A stretch of 14,495 nucleotides of DNA. Origin: Calditrichia bacterium (lineage in GTDB: Bacteria; Calditrichota; Calditrichia; RBG-13-44-9). Numbering within the stretch: the stretch's first letter is position 1; every line of letters starts with the position of its first letter. The DNA is taken from positions 27,240 to 41,734 of the forward strand of contig JARRQT010000036.1 of assembly GCA_037381445.1 (NCBI GenBank), given 5' to 3'. Positions 1 to 8,673 of this stretch are shown one piece after another. The position numbers and the translations under genes were made by a program. Under the pieces are notes generated by a model that did no database searches, was not told the origin of the DNA, and worked only from the letters and a program-made list of their open reading frames with translations.

Positions 1-301
1 ATATGAAATCGGGCGGTTAACACCTATCAAATCCTGCTTCCCTGCAGATATTAAAAGTCCCTTTTTATTTGATACATTAATTACTATCGGACTGATTCAG
101 CCCAACATGAGCCCAAAAATTATAAATTCAAAAATTATTATTTCGCATTATGAAGCAAAAATATTTTTCTTCGGGACCAATCTGCCAATACAAATTTTCT
201 TTTCATTTTTTCATTAAACCACTTATATTTATCTCCTGAAATCACTAAATTTTTAAGGTGAATATGAAAATAGAAAACAGGAAATAGGAGGTCAGCGACT
301 G

Positions 302-943
302 ATGTATTTGATTCTATTGGGTGCCCCGGGAGCCGGAAAAGGAACGCAGGCTAAAATGATCATGAAGAAATATGATATCCCCCAGATTTCAACCGGAGAT
401 ATTCTGCGCAATGAGGTCAGCGAGCAAACAGCGCTGGGCAAGAAAGCAAAAAATATTATGGAGCGCGGCGAACTGGTATCTGATGATATAATTCTGAGCA
501 TGGTGGAGAACAGAATTGCAAAACCGGATTGTCAGAATGGTTTTATCCTGGACGGATTCCCCAGAACTATTCCGCAGGCGGAAGGACTGGATGAAATCAT
601 TGGAAAGAATCCCAGAATTAATTTAAAGGTAGTGGAGATTGTCGTTCCCGAAGAAAAAATTATTTCCCGTCTAACCAGCCGCAGGGTCTGCTCCAACTGC
701 GGGAAAGACTATAATCTTAATCTGAATCCGCCCCCTCCCGATGGCAAGTGCACAGTGTGCGGCGGTGAAATTATCCAGCGGGATGACGACAAGGAATCCA
801 CCATCCGAAACCGCTTAAAAGTATACCGCCAGCAGACCGAACCGCTGGTAGATTATTATTCCAAAAAAGGGATTCTTTTCCGGATAGACGGCCAGAAACC
901 GGTAAATCAGGTTTTTGAAGAAATTGAAAGAATTGTTTTATAG
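302..943 (+). CDS. adk: Adenylate kinase, long form with zinc-binding LID
   Basis: P-loop GAPGAGKGTQA, ISTGDILR, GFILDGFPRT, LID CSNC-X16-CTVC, QRDDD; RBS AGGAGGT at 286-292. Confidence 0.97.
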   Translation: MYLILLGAPGAGKGTQAKMIMKKYDIPQISTGDILRNEVSEQTALGKKAKNIMERGELVSDDIILSMVENRIAKPDCQNGFILDGFPRTIPQAEGLDEIIGKNPRINLKVVEIVVPEEKIISRLTSRRVCSNCGKDYNLNLNPPPPDGKCTVCGGEIIQRDDDKESTIRNRLKVYRQQTEPLVDYYSKKGILFRIDGQKPVNQVFEEIERIVL

Positions 944-1047
944 CGGTATCGGTCAGGTATTTCATTATTTTTGAATCAAAGCCTGATCTTCTTGGTAGAA
1001 TTATAAAAATGGATATGAAGCAAGGCGAATAGGGTATCAGAGCATTC

Positions 1048-2301
1048 ATGAAGAGAGTTCTTTACAACACAATCATTCTGCTAGCAGTAATATTGTTGAC
1101 CGGCTGTGCGGTACGGAATCGTGACAATCCGCTGGATCCCGGCGCCGAGAGCACGCCGCCCTTAAATATTACCATCGAACCACAGAACGGCAACGTCCAG
1201 ATTAGCTGGAATGTGAACGAACTGAAAGATTTTACCGGTTTTCGGCTTTATCGCTCCGTCGGTGACAGTTCCAATTTCCAATTATTGATGGAATTCCCTG
1301 CCACTATCCGTCAATTCACTGACCGGTATGTGAACTTCTCAAAATGGTATTACTATTATCTCACGGTGCTCGGCGTGAACAATGAAAGCAAGCCGTCGAA
1401 AATCCAGAAAATAATGCTGGGACCGGGAGAGACATGGATTTTGTCTTCCTATGGATATTCGGTCAATCAATTGACTTACGATCTTACGCACGTCCAGCAG
1501 AATTATAATTTGCAGTTTCCCCCGGTCAGTTGGGCGCCGGACTGGACAGACGGGCAAATCTGGCTATCCACCCGCTATTCATATCTTACCCGGCTCAATC
1601 TTAATGAGGGCGCTGAAGATTTCTTTTATCAAAAAGATTCTGTTCAACCGACCGACGTCCAATGGGATGCAACCCGGCTTTGTCTGTACATTCTGGACGG
1701 CAGCTCGGCAAATATTTACACCATGAAAAATAATACGCTGACCGACTCAACCCAACTGCCCTCAGGGAACTATTTCAAAATGGCCCTGTCGCCAGATAAC
1801 TCAAAACTCTGGGCCATCGGAACTGATAAAGCAGTAGAACTGAACATTTCCGGCAAATCCACCCGAACTCTCTCCTTTTCCGAGGGCTACCAGGGAAAAG
1901 ACATTTCGGCAGTTAATCAATCTGTCTATGCAATGACGGAGGCTGGGAATCTGGATTTATCTGAGATTATCATTTATAACACAGAAAATGGTGACAGCAC
2001 TTCATTACAAGCAACAGGTAGATTGGAATTGATCCGTCCGGCACCGGATGGCACCTACTTCTGGGTTTCGGAAAAAATTGCCCCAAATAATTACCGGGCA
2101 GTGAAACTTTCCGCTTCCGGACAACGTCTTCTGCAATTATCTGCGATGCAGAGTATTGATGATTTACAGATAAATCCGGTTGATAAGTCGGTATTAGTGG
2201 TCCAAAGGATGCAAAATAAAATATCCCTGTTCAACAGCGAAGGGAAACTGCTCTCATCCACAGAAAACATTTATGATCCAATAAGAAGTGTCATCAAATA
2301 A
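1048..2301 (+). CDS. Lipoprotein with FN3-like domain and probable C-terminal beta-propeller
   Basis: Signal peptide MKR + hydrophobic core + lipobox LLTGC, then RDNPLDP. FN3-like pattern ISWN..FTGFRLYRS..FTD..YYYYLTV..ESKPS. The C-terminal half has repeated beta-rich units (e.g. ALSPDNSKLW, INPVDKSVLVV). The fold assignment is by eye. Confidence 0.8.
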   Translation: MKRVLYNTIILLAVILLTGCAVRNRDNPLDPGAESTPPLNITIEPQNGNVQISWNVNELKDFTGFRLYRSVGDSSNFQLLMEFPATIRQFTDRYVNFSKWYYYYLTVLGVNNESKPSKIQKIMLGPGETWILSSYGYSVNQLTYDLTHVQQNYNLQFPPVSWAPDWTDGQIWLSTRYSYLTRLNLNEGAEDFFYQKDSVQPTDVQWDATRLCLYILDGSSANIYTMKNNTLTDSTQLPSGNYFKMALSPDNSKLWAIGTDKAVELNISGKSTRTLSFSEGYQGKDISAVNQSVYAMTEAGNLDLSEIIIYNTENGDSTSLQATGRLELIRPAPDGTYFWVSEKIAPNNYRAVKLSASGQRLLQLSAMQSIDDLQINPVDKSVLVVQRMQNKISLFNSEGKLLSSTENIYDPIRSVIK

Positions 2302-4427
2302 TGGTTAAAACTGTTTTAAAAATATCTTACATTTTTATTCCACTTGTTATTGTTCTCATATTCTTCGTTGACTTGTTTTCCTTTTACAGTGGCATTACCA
2401 TCAAACTGGTAGCTTACCTGCGAGAACTTACCATACTGGGGATAATTTTTGTATCCTATTATCTGATAAAGAAAAAATTACATTTTGATGAATTGACCAT
2501 CGGTCAGAACTTGGTTCGGCTTGCCATATTAATAGGTGCCAATTTTCTCATCGCCATTATTTTGAAAGCTGTTTTCAATGCAAATTACTCCGCCGGTTTC
2601 CCCGCAACTTACCAAACCCCGGGTTCCATCTTTGTCTCGACAATCATGGCATTTACCGCAGCCGTAACTCTGGTCCCGATAATTTTCATCCTGAAACAGC
2701 TTATTTTTTATAAAAGAAAACGTAAGACGCTGCTGTTTTTTAATTTCTTCCTTCTCGCCATCAGTTTAAATGCGATTGCCGTTTTTCTATCTGAAAAACC
2801 GGTAGGTTTTTTCCGCTTCACCCAGGACACTTTCGGCAATGATTTTACCATGGCGCTGGCGGTGGTATTCATCACTATTTTATCATTCAGAAACGAATGG
2901 ATTACTTATCTTTCCCGGAAAAAGAAACTTCTCTATTTCTTTGTCGGGCTACCGTTGTATTTCGGAATTGCGGCCCTGTTTGATTTCGCCTACCGGACAC
3001 CGCTGCCTGCTTACAGTCTGAGTATTGCTGCGCTGGCATATTCCATGTGGATCTTCCTGATTATCTATGGCGGAATTTCCATGTCCAAACTGCTATTCCA
3101 TCTTCCCACCGCGCGTGCCTTCGACAGGAAAATCCGTGAGTTGAATTCCCTGTACGACCTGGGGCGCATGCTGAACAATGAAACCCAGATCAAAAAACTG
3201 CTTCTCCTCATTACCAGACTCACTTCCCAGGTTCTGGAAAGCCATTCCACCTGGCTTGGATTGTATGATGAGAAGACAAAACAATTTCAGGTGGTATCCT
3301 CTGACGGTTTGAGCGAAACGGAACTGCAGAACAATCCCCTTCTGGGAATGGAAAGAATTAACATCGCTGTTATTGATAAAAAAGAACCGATTCTGATAAA
3401 CGATGTCTCCCACAATCGACAATACCGTGATATCCTGAAGTGGAAAAAGAATGCCCGTACTATCCTCTGTTCACCCCTGTTCAGCAGTAGAGAAAAACTA
3501 ATGGGCATCGTTTATGCCACCAAGGAAAAGGAATATACGTTCGATATCGATGACCAATCGTTATTGCAGGGATTCTCCAACCAGGCAGCAATGGCATTGG
3601 AAAACGCCCGGCTGCTCCAGGAATCCATCGAACGGGAACGCCTGGAACAGGAACTGCGGGTTGCGCGCGATGTGCAGATAAAACTGCTTCCGCAGAAAAT
3701 TCCGCAGATGCCCAATTTCCAGATCGAGGCTCTTTGCCTCACTGCCTTCGAGGTTGGCGGCGATTATTATGATTTCTTTAATTTTTCTGATGGCAAACCT
3801 GGCCTCATTGTGGCGGATGTATCGGGCAAGGGCACTTCAGCCGCCCTTTACATGGCCGAATTCAAAGGCATTATTCAAACTCTTGCAAAGAGCCATGAGA
3901 ATCCGCACTCGCTGGCCTGCGCCGCGAACCGGGTAATCTATCCCAATATTGAACGCCGCTCATTTGTCAGCGCAATCCTGGCGAAAATCAATCCAGATGC
4001 CAAAACAATCACCTTTGTCCGGGCCGGGCATCCGCCCCTCTTTCACTGCCCCGGAAATAATCATGATCCGCATCAGATATTAAGCAGCGGAATTGGCATC
4101 GGGCTTGATCCGGGCGATAAATTCGACGCCCTGTTGAAAGAGGAATCTGTTAAAATTCAGGACGGCGGAACCATTGTTTTTTACACGGATGGCGTGATTG
4201 AAGCCAGAAATGCCCAGGGCGACGAATACAGCGAAGAGCGTCTGATGGAACTGGCCAGGGAATGCAATTCGGATTCGGTGGGTGATCTGAAAAACAGGAT
4301 TCTGGATTCGGTGACCGATTTTTGCGGAAAAACGCCGCTCCATGACGACCTGACCTTTGTGATTGTAAAATGCCTCGAGCCCAATAGGGAAACGAACCGA
4401 TATGTTTCGCAAGCAGGCACATCGTAA
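2301..4427 (+). CDS. Membrane-bound SpoIIE/RsbU-family PP2C phosphatase (about 8 TM + GAF + PP2C)
   Basis: About 8 hydrophobic segments in aa 8-261, a GAF domain ending FSNQAAMALENARL, a coiled-coil linker, and PP2C motifs GGDYYD, ADVSGKG, AGHPP, YTDG, DDLT. Start overlaps the upstream stop (TAATG, 2299-2303). Confidence 0.93.
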   Translation: MVKTVLKISYIFIPLVIVLIFFVDLFSFYSGITIKLVAYLRELTILGIIFVSYYLIKKKLHFDELTIGQNLVRLAILIGANFLIAIILKAVFNANYSAGFPATYQTPGSIFVSTIMAFTAAVTLVPIIFILKQLIFYKRKRKTLLFFNFFLLAISLNAIAVFLSEKPVGFFRFTQDTFGNDFTMALAVVFITILSFRNEWITYLSRKKKLLYFFVGLPLYFGIAALFDFAYRTPLPAYSLSIAALAYSMWIFLIIYGGISMSKLLFHLPTARAFDRKIRELNSLYDLGRMLNNETQIKKLLLLITRLTSQVLESHSTWLGLYDEKTKQFQVVSSDGLSETELQNNPLLGMERINIAVIDKKEPILINDVSHNRQYRDILKWKKNARTILCSPLFSSREKLMGIVYATKEKEYTFDIDDQSLLQGFSNQAAMALENARLLQESIERERLEQELRVARDVQIKLLPQKIPQMPNFQIEALCLTAFEVGGDYYDFFNFSDGKPGLIVADVSGKGTSAALYMAEFKGIIQTLAKSHENPHSLACAANRVIYPNIERRSFVSAILAKINPDAKTITFVRAGHPPLFHCPGNNHDPHQILSSGIGIGLDPGDKFDALLKEESVKIQDGGTIVFYTDGVIEARNAQGDEYSEERLMELARECNSDSVGDLKNRILDSVTDFCGKTPLHDDLTFVIVKCLEPNRETNRYVSQAGTS

Positions 4428-4559
4428 AACGACAATTTTGAGTTTCAAGGTTTTATATTTCGAATCGAATATCTAAATTAAAAAGGAGCATGAAGATAAA
4501 TTAAAATTCAATTAGTAAATCCGGGGAAACACCTGTAAAATCAACAAAAGAAAAACAGA

Positions 4560-4588
4560 TATAACTTTTTGATGAATCTAAACGTAAA
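4560..4588 (+). promoter_or_regulatory. Putative ECF-sigma-type promoter for the STAS-kinase-phosphatase genes
   Basis: TATAAC-N17-CGTAAA matches the generic ECF AAC...CGT pattern and ends 26 nt before the ATG at 4615. Confidence 0.4.
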
Positions 4589-4614
4589 CTAAATTGAATT
4601 TTGAGGAGGAACAG

Positions 4615-4974
4615 ATGGACAAATTCGATGTCTTTCGACGGGATGTGGAAGAGATCAGCATCTTGAATATACAAGGTTTTCTGGATGCGCATACCGCACC
4701 TGACTTCGAGAGCGAGTTGCAGAAGCTGTTGAAAGAAAAACGTTTTAACATTATAGTGAATCTGGACGGTTTACAATACATCAGTTCCGCGGGTTTGGGA
4801 GTATTTATGGGGGTGATTGAAGATATCCGAACGAATGATGGCGATCTGAAAATATGCTGTGCCGCTCCCAAGGTTTTTAAAGTCTTTGATCTGCTGGGTT
4901 TCCCCAGTTTGTATGAATTTTATAAGGGTGAGGACCAGGCTATCCAGAAATTTAAAAGTAATGAAAAATCCTAA
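4615..4974 (+). CDS. rsbV: STAS-domain anti-sigma-factor antagonist (RsbV/SpoIIAA family)
   Basis: GFLDAHTAP, IIVNLDGLQYISSAGLG (phospho-acceptor Ser motif), KVFDLLG. Start moved to ATG 4615 because GAGGAGG lies just upstream. Confidence 0.93.
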   Translation: MDKFDVFRRDVEEISILNIQGFLDAHTAPDFESELQKLLKEKRFNIIVNLDGLQYISSAGLGVFMGVIEDIRTNDGDLKICCAAPKVFKVFDLLGFPSLYEFYKGEDQAIQKFKSNEKS

Positions 4975-5002
4975 AGAGCCAATGGAACGGCGGGTGAATA
5001 AG

Positions 5003-5449
5003 ATGACAGATAAAAAGAAAAGAGGCAGCAAGCACTATCACTTAAAGCTTCCCATTGATACCGCGAACCTGGAAATTATCAGGGAATTTATCGCACGGAT
5101 TGCACAAAACATGGGATTCACCGGTGAAGAAATCAACCGCATCGAATTGGCGGTTGATGAGGCGAGCACAAATGTTATTAAGCATGCCTATAAAACCGAG
5201 GATAAAAATTCCAATTTTATTGATATAGAAGTCAAGACCTTTCCCGACCGGCTGGAAATATATGTTATTGATCGCGGCAAAGGTTTTGATCCGGCGAAAA
5301 TCAAAACTCCGGAAATGGATGCATATTTTAAGAAAATGAGGCGGGGCGGGCTGGGCCTCTATCTGATCAAAACATTGATGGATAAGGTGGATTACTCCAT
5401 AAAGCCCGGTGTTCGAAATAAAGTAAAAATGGTAAAGTATATCTCCTAA
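5003..5449 (+). CDS. rsbW: Anti-sigma factor / Ser kinase (RsbW/SpoIIAB family, HATPase_c_2)
   Basis: N-box ELAVDEASTNVIKHAY, G1 DRGKGFD, G2 GGLGLYLI. Start uncertain: in-frame ATGs at 4961, 4982 and 5003. Confidence 0.92.
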   Translation: MTDKKKRGSKHYHLKLPIDTANLEIIREFIARIAQNMGFTGEEINRIELAVDEASTNVIKHAYKTEDKNSNFIDIEVKTFPDRLEIYVIDRGKGFDPAKIKTPEMDAYFKKMRRGGLGLYLIKTLMDKVDYSIKPGVRNKVKMVKYIS

Positions 5450-5487
5450 TTTAATTATATAGCGATTATTAACAATCAGGCTGAAAC

Positions 5488-7254
5488 ATGTCCGGATATT
5501 TGGATTATCTTTCCGAAAAATATCAAACCCAGAATATTAAAGCGATAAATGAAAAAATCGTTGAATTATCTTCCCTCTTTGAGATCAGCCAGATACTGAA
5601 TGCCTCGCTGGAAATTACCCATGTTTTGAATAATATTCTCCTGATTCCCATGGGACGCCTGATGATATCCCGCGGAATCGTGTTTTTGAGGAATGGCAAG
5701 TGGTACCATCCCAGGTTTTGGAAAGGTCTGCCAGATGGGATTGCGGATAAGGAATTTTCCGAAAAACAATTGCCATCGGAATTTTTTGTTTTGGAAAAAG
5801 ACAGTCGCGCTTCAGGCAATTTGAATCCATTTTATGAATTTGTTTCAGAGAACCAGCTTTCACTGGCAATTCCTCTGAAATCGAAGGATCAATTACTGGG
5901 ACTGGTGATTTATGGGCCCAAATTAAACCGGCAACCCTTCAGCAACGATGAAATTGATTTTCTGACATCCCTGGTAAACCTTTCTGCGTCAACAGTGGAA
6001 AATGCGTTGCATGTGGATGAAATCCGTAAGATAAACCAGCAGCTGGATGAAAGAATTCAGCAGCTGAAGACCCTGTTTGATATTGCCCAGGGCCTATCCG
6101 CAACACTGGACAGTGAAAAGATCGTGAAACTGCTGACCTACGCCCTCATGGGCCAGATGCTCGTCTATCATTATGCCATCGTCATTCACGGAAACCAGCA
6201 TTTGCCTAAAATGGATGTCAAGGGTTTCGTGCAGGATTCCATCGAGAGCCTGTCAGAGGAATTATCCCGCCTTTCCGATATTGAGACCGCTGCTCTGACA
6301 GTTGATCTGCCCCACCCCGCACTGAAAGAGAAACTGTTAAAACTTGGCGCTCATGTGTTCATTCCCATGCGGCACCAGAACAAAATGCTGGGCTTTATCC
6401 TGCTGGGCGAAAAGATAAGCAAACAAAAATTTACCGCAGTGGATTTGGAATTTCTGACCACTCTGGTAAGCCAGGCAGTGATTTCCCTGGAAAATGCGCG
6501 GCTGTTCAAGGAAATGCTGGAGAAACAGCGATATGAGCAGGAACTGCAGGTTGCCAAAACAATCCAGAAAAAATTGCTTCCCCGGGAAATTCCGCAGGTA
6601 AAGGGCTATGATTTGTGGGGAGTGAATATTTCCAGCAAGGAAGTCGGCGGCGATTATTTTGATGTTATCCCGATCTCTGAGCATGAGTTTGCTCTGGCAA
6701 TTGGCGACGTTTCGGGAAAAAGTGTTCCGGCCGCCCTTCTGATGGCCAATCTCCAAGCGGGCCTGCGGACCATTATCAGTGAAGCGGTTCCCCTGGAGCA
6801 GATCGTCGGAAAATTAAACCGGCTGATTTATCAAAATACCGATATGGACAAGTACATCACATTTTTTGTGGGAGTTCTGGATAATAAAAAGAACAGGCTA
6901 TCCTATGTGAACGCGGGACATAATCCCCCCATCCTGATGAGAAAAAATGGTGAGAAACAATTGCTGGATGTCGGGGGAATTATCCTGGGCATGCTGCCGG
7001 AATTTCCCTATCAGCTGGGAGTAGTGGAGTTTGATTCAATTGATCTTCTGGTGTGTTATACCGACGGGGTCAATGAAGCATTAAACACTGAAGAAGAAGA
7101 ATACGGGGAAGAAAGGCTGGAGAATCTCATCAGTTCCAACCGTCATCTCGATGCCAGTGAGCTATCGGATACCATTGTCTCCGAGCTGCGGGAATTCTCC
7201 CGTGACGTCCCTCAATTCGATGATATCACGCTGCTGATTACGCGACGATTATGA
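5488..7254 (+). CDS. Soluble SpoIIE/RsbU-family PP2C phosphatase with tandem GAF domains
   Basis: Two GAF-like units (ELSSLFEISQ..STVENA; QLKTLFDIAQ..ISLENARLF), then GGDYFD, GDVSGKS, NAGHNPP, YTDG, DDIT. Confidence 0.93.
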   Translation: MSGYLDYLSEKYQTQNIKAINEKIVELSSLFEISQILNASLEITHVLNNILLIPMGRLMISRGIVFLRNGKWYHPRFWKGLPDGIADKEFSEKQLPSEFFVLEKDSRASGNLNPFYEFVSENQLSLAIPLKSKDQLLGLVIYGPKLNRQPFSNDEIDFLTSLVNLSASTVENALHVDEIRKINQQLDERIQQLKTLFDIAQGLSATLDSEKIVKLLTYALMGQMLVYHYAIVIHGNQHLPKMDVKGFVQDSIESLSEELSRLSDIETAALTVDLPHPALKEKLLKLGAHVFIPMRHQNKMLGFILLGEKISKQKFTAVDLEFLTTLVSQAVISLENARLFKEMLEKQRYEQELQVAKTIQKKLLPREIPQVKGYDLWGVNISSKEVGGDYFDVIPISEHEFALAIGDVSGKSVPAALLMANLQAGLRTIISEAVPLEQIVGKLNRLIYQNTDMDKYITFFVGVLDNKKNRLSYVNAGHNPPILMRKNGEKQLLDVGGIILGMLPEFPYQLGVVEFDSIDLLVCYTDGVNEALNTEEEEYGEERLENLISSNRHLDASELSDTIVSELREFSRDVPQFDDITLLITRRL

Positions 7255-7280
7255 TTGCTCCTATGCAAATTTTTGGGAAT

Positions 7281-7319
7281 AAAAAAACGGTTTTCGGAAT
7301 GATCCGGAAACCGTTTTTC
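7281..7319. terminator. Bidirectional intrinsic terminator between convergent genes
   Basis: AAAAACGGTTTTCGGA-ATGA-TCCGGAAACCGTTTTT inverted repeat (one T-G pair), flanked by A and T tracts. Confidence 0.88.
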
Positions 7320-7338
7320 ATTTAAATGAACGCCAGCA

Positions 7339-8436
7339 TCAGTCTATCTTCACGCCATAACTGGTGCCAACGGAAAGTCCTGCTTTCAGCAATTCGGAAT
7401 CCAGTGGAACCAGTTTCTGTTTCCCTGCTACATTTTCCAGAGGTACCGGGACAATATCGTTGCCCTGCAATGCAACCATTTTATTGAAATTGCCTTCCAC
7501 TACCAGTTCCACCGCCTTAACGGCGAACTGCGTGGCCAGAATGCGGTCCAACGGCGTCGGTGTCCCGCCCCGCTGCAGATGCCCCAGTGTGGTCACCCGG
7601 CATTCAATCTCAGTCGCCTCTTCTATCTGATTGGCAATGTGGTGACTGATTCCGCCCAGACGAATGCTTTCGGGGCTGTCCGCAACCACCTTTTTTATAA
7701 CCTGTTCACCGCCTTCCGGTTTGCTGCCTTCCGCGACTACCACAATGCTGAAACGCTTTCCAAAGCGGCTACGCTGGCGTACAAATCGTATGATTTCTTC
7801 AATATCATAGGGGATTTCCGGGATAAGTATTACATCGCCGCCGCCGGCAATCCCGGATTCCAAAGCCAGCCACCCCGCATTTCTGCCCATCACCTCTACA
7901 AGCATCACCCGGTGATGCGACTGAGCAGTGGTATGCAGCCGGTCAATTGCTTCTGTAGCGATTTGACGGGCGGTATCAAAGCCGAAAGTGGTATCCGTTT
8001 CCATCAAGTCCTTGTCAATGGTTTTCGGCACGCCAACAACCTTGGCGCCCTTTTCCGAAAGCATTCCCGCGATGGTCATGGTGCCATCGCCGCCCACAGT
8101 GATCAAGGCATCCAATCCCAGATCATTATAGAGCTCCATAGTTGCATCCGAAACGTCCTTCACCACTGTATTTCCTTTTTCAATGACAATATGTGCAAAT
8201 GGATTTGCTTTATTGCTGGTACCTAAAATAGTCCCGCCATGGGTCAATATTCCCGATACACTCTCGAAAGTTAAAAATGTAAAGCGGTTCTCAATCAGCC
8301 CCTGATACCCATCGTGGAAACCGATTACTTCCATACCATATTTGCTCACCGCAGTTTTTGTGACACCGCGGATTACCGCGTTAAGTCCCGGGCAGTCGCC
8401 ACCGCCAGTCAGAATTCCAATTCGCCGTTTGCCCAT
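7339..8436 (-). CDS. pfkA: 6-phosphofructokinase, PfkA group III type, probably ATP-dependent
   Basis: ILTGGGDCPGLNAVIR, GGTILGTS, GGDGT, PKTIDKD, TFGFDTA, EVMGR, LGHLQRGG; RBS AGAAGGAG. Confidence 0.95.
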   Translation of the reverse strand: MGKRRIGILTGGGDCPGLNAVIRGVTKTAVSKYGMEVIGFHDGYQGLIENRFTFLTFESVSGILTHGGTILGTSNKANPFAHIVIEKGNTVVKDVSDATMELYNDLGLDALITVGGDGTMTIAGMLSEKGAKVVGVPKTIDKDLMETDTTFGFDTARQIATEAIDRLHTTAQSHHRVMLVEVMGRNAGWLALESGIAGGGDVILIPEIPYDIEEIIRFVRQRSRFGKRFSIVVVAEGSKPEGGEQVIKKVVADSPESIRLGGISHHIANQIEEATEIECRVTTLGHLQRGGTPTPLDRILATQFAVKAVELVVEGNFNKMVALQGNDIVPVPLENVAGKQKLVPLDSELLKAGLSVGTSYGVKID

Positions 8437-8634
8437 GTTTTCTCCTTCTGTTTGCTAATTCCTGATCTCGACACAACTTGCTGTCACTTCCGTATCTTCG
8501 CTAAAATCGATGACTTGAATATCGGCAGAAAAAGAGAATGTTTTAGCAAAAGGTTGGTATGCGATTTTTTCACCCAGCCGGAATTGAAAAACATTCTTAT
8601 TGAGAAAGTCACTATAAAACAAATTGTCGGCTGG

Positions 8635-8664
8635 AAAAAAGAGGCTCCGGGTTGCCCCGGAGCC
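8635..8664 (-). terminator. Intrinsic terminator of the DegQ gene
   Basis: Minus strand GGCTCCGGG-GCAA-CCCGGAGCC followed by TCTTTTTT, about 10 nt after the stop. Confidence 0.88.
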
Positions 8665-8673
8665 CTGAATTCA

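Noticed and set aside
152..172. Imperfect palindrome GAAG-C-AAAAATATTTTT-CTTC upstream of adk
   Set aside because: Low-complexity AT core with a bulge; expected by chance in an AT-rich intergenic region.
1012..1037. GGGTAT resembling a SigB -10 box before the lipoprotein gene
   Set aside because: No GTTT -35 element at the appropriate spacing.
4484..4504. AGGAG followed by mini-ORF MKIN*
   Set aside because: SD-to-ATG spacing is only 1 nt and the ORF has 4 codons; no leader-peptide evidence.
4859..4960. Long N-terminal extension of the RsbW ORF
   Set aside because: Overlaps the STAS gene in another frame and has no protein-like similarity; the real start is at 4961 or later.
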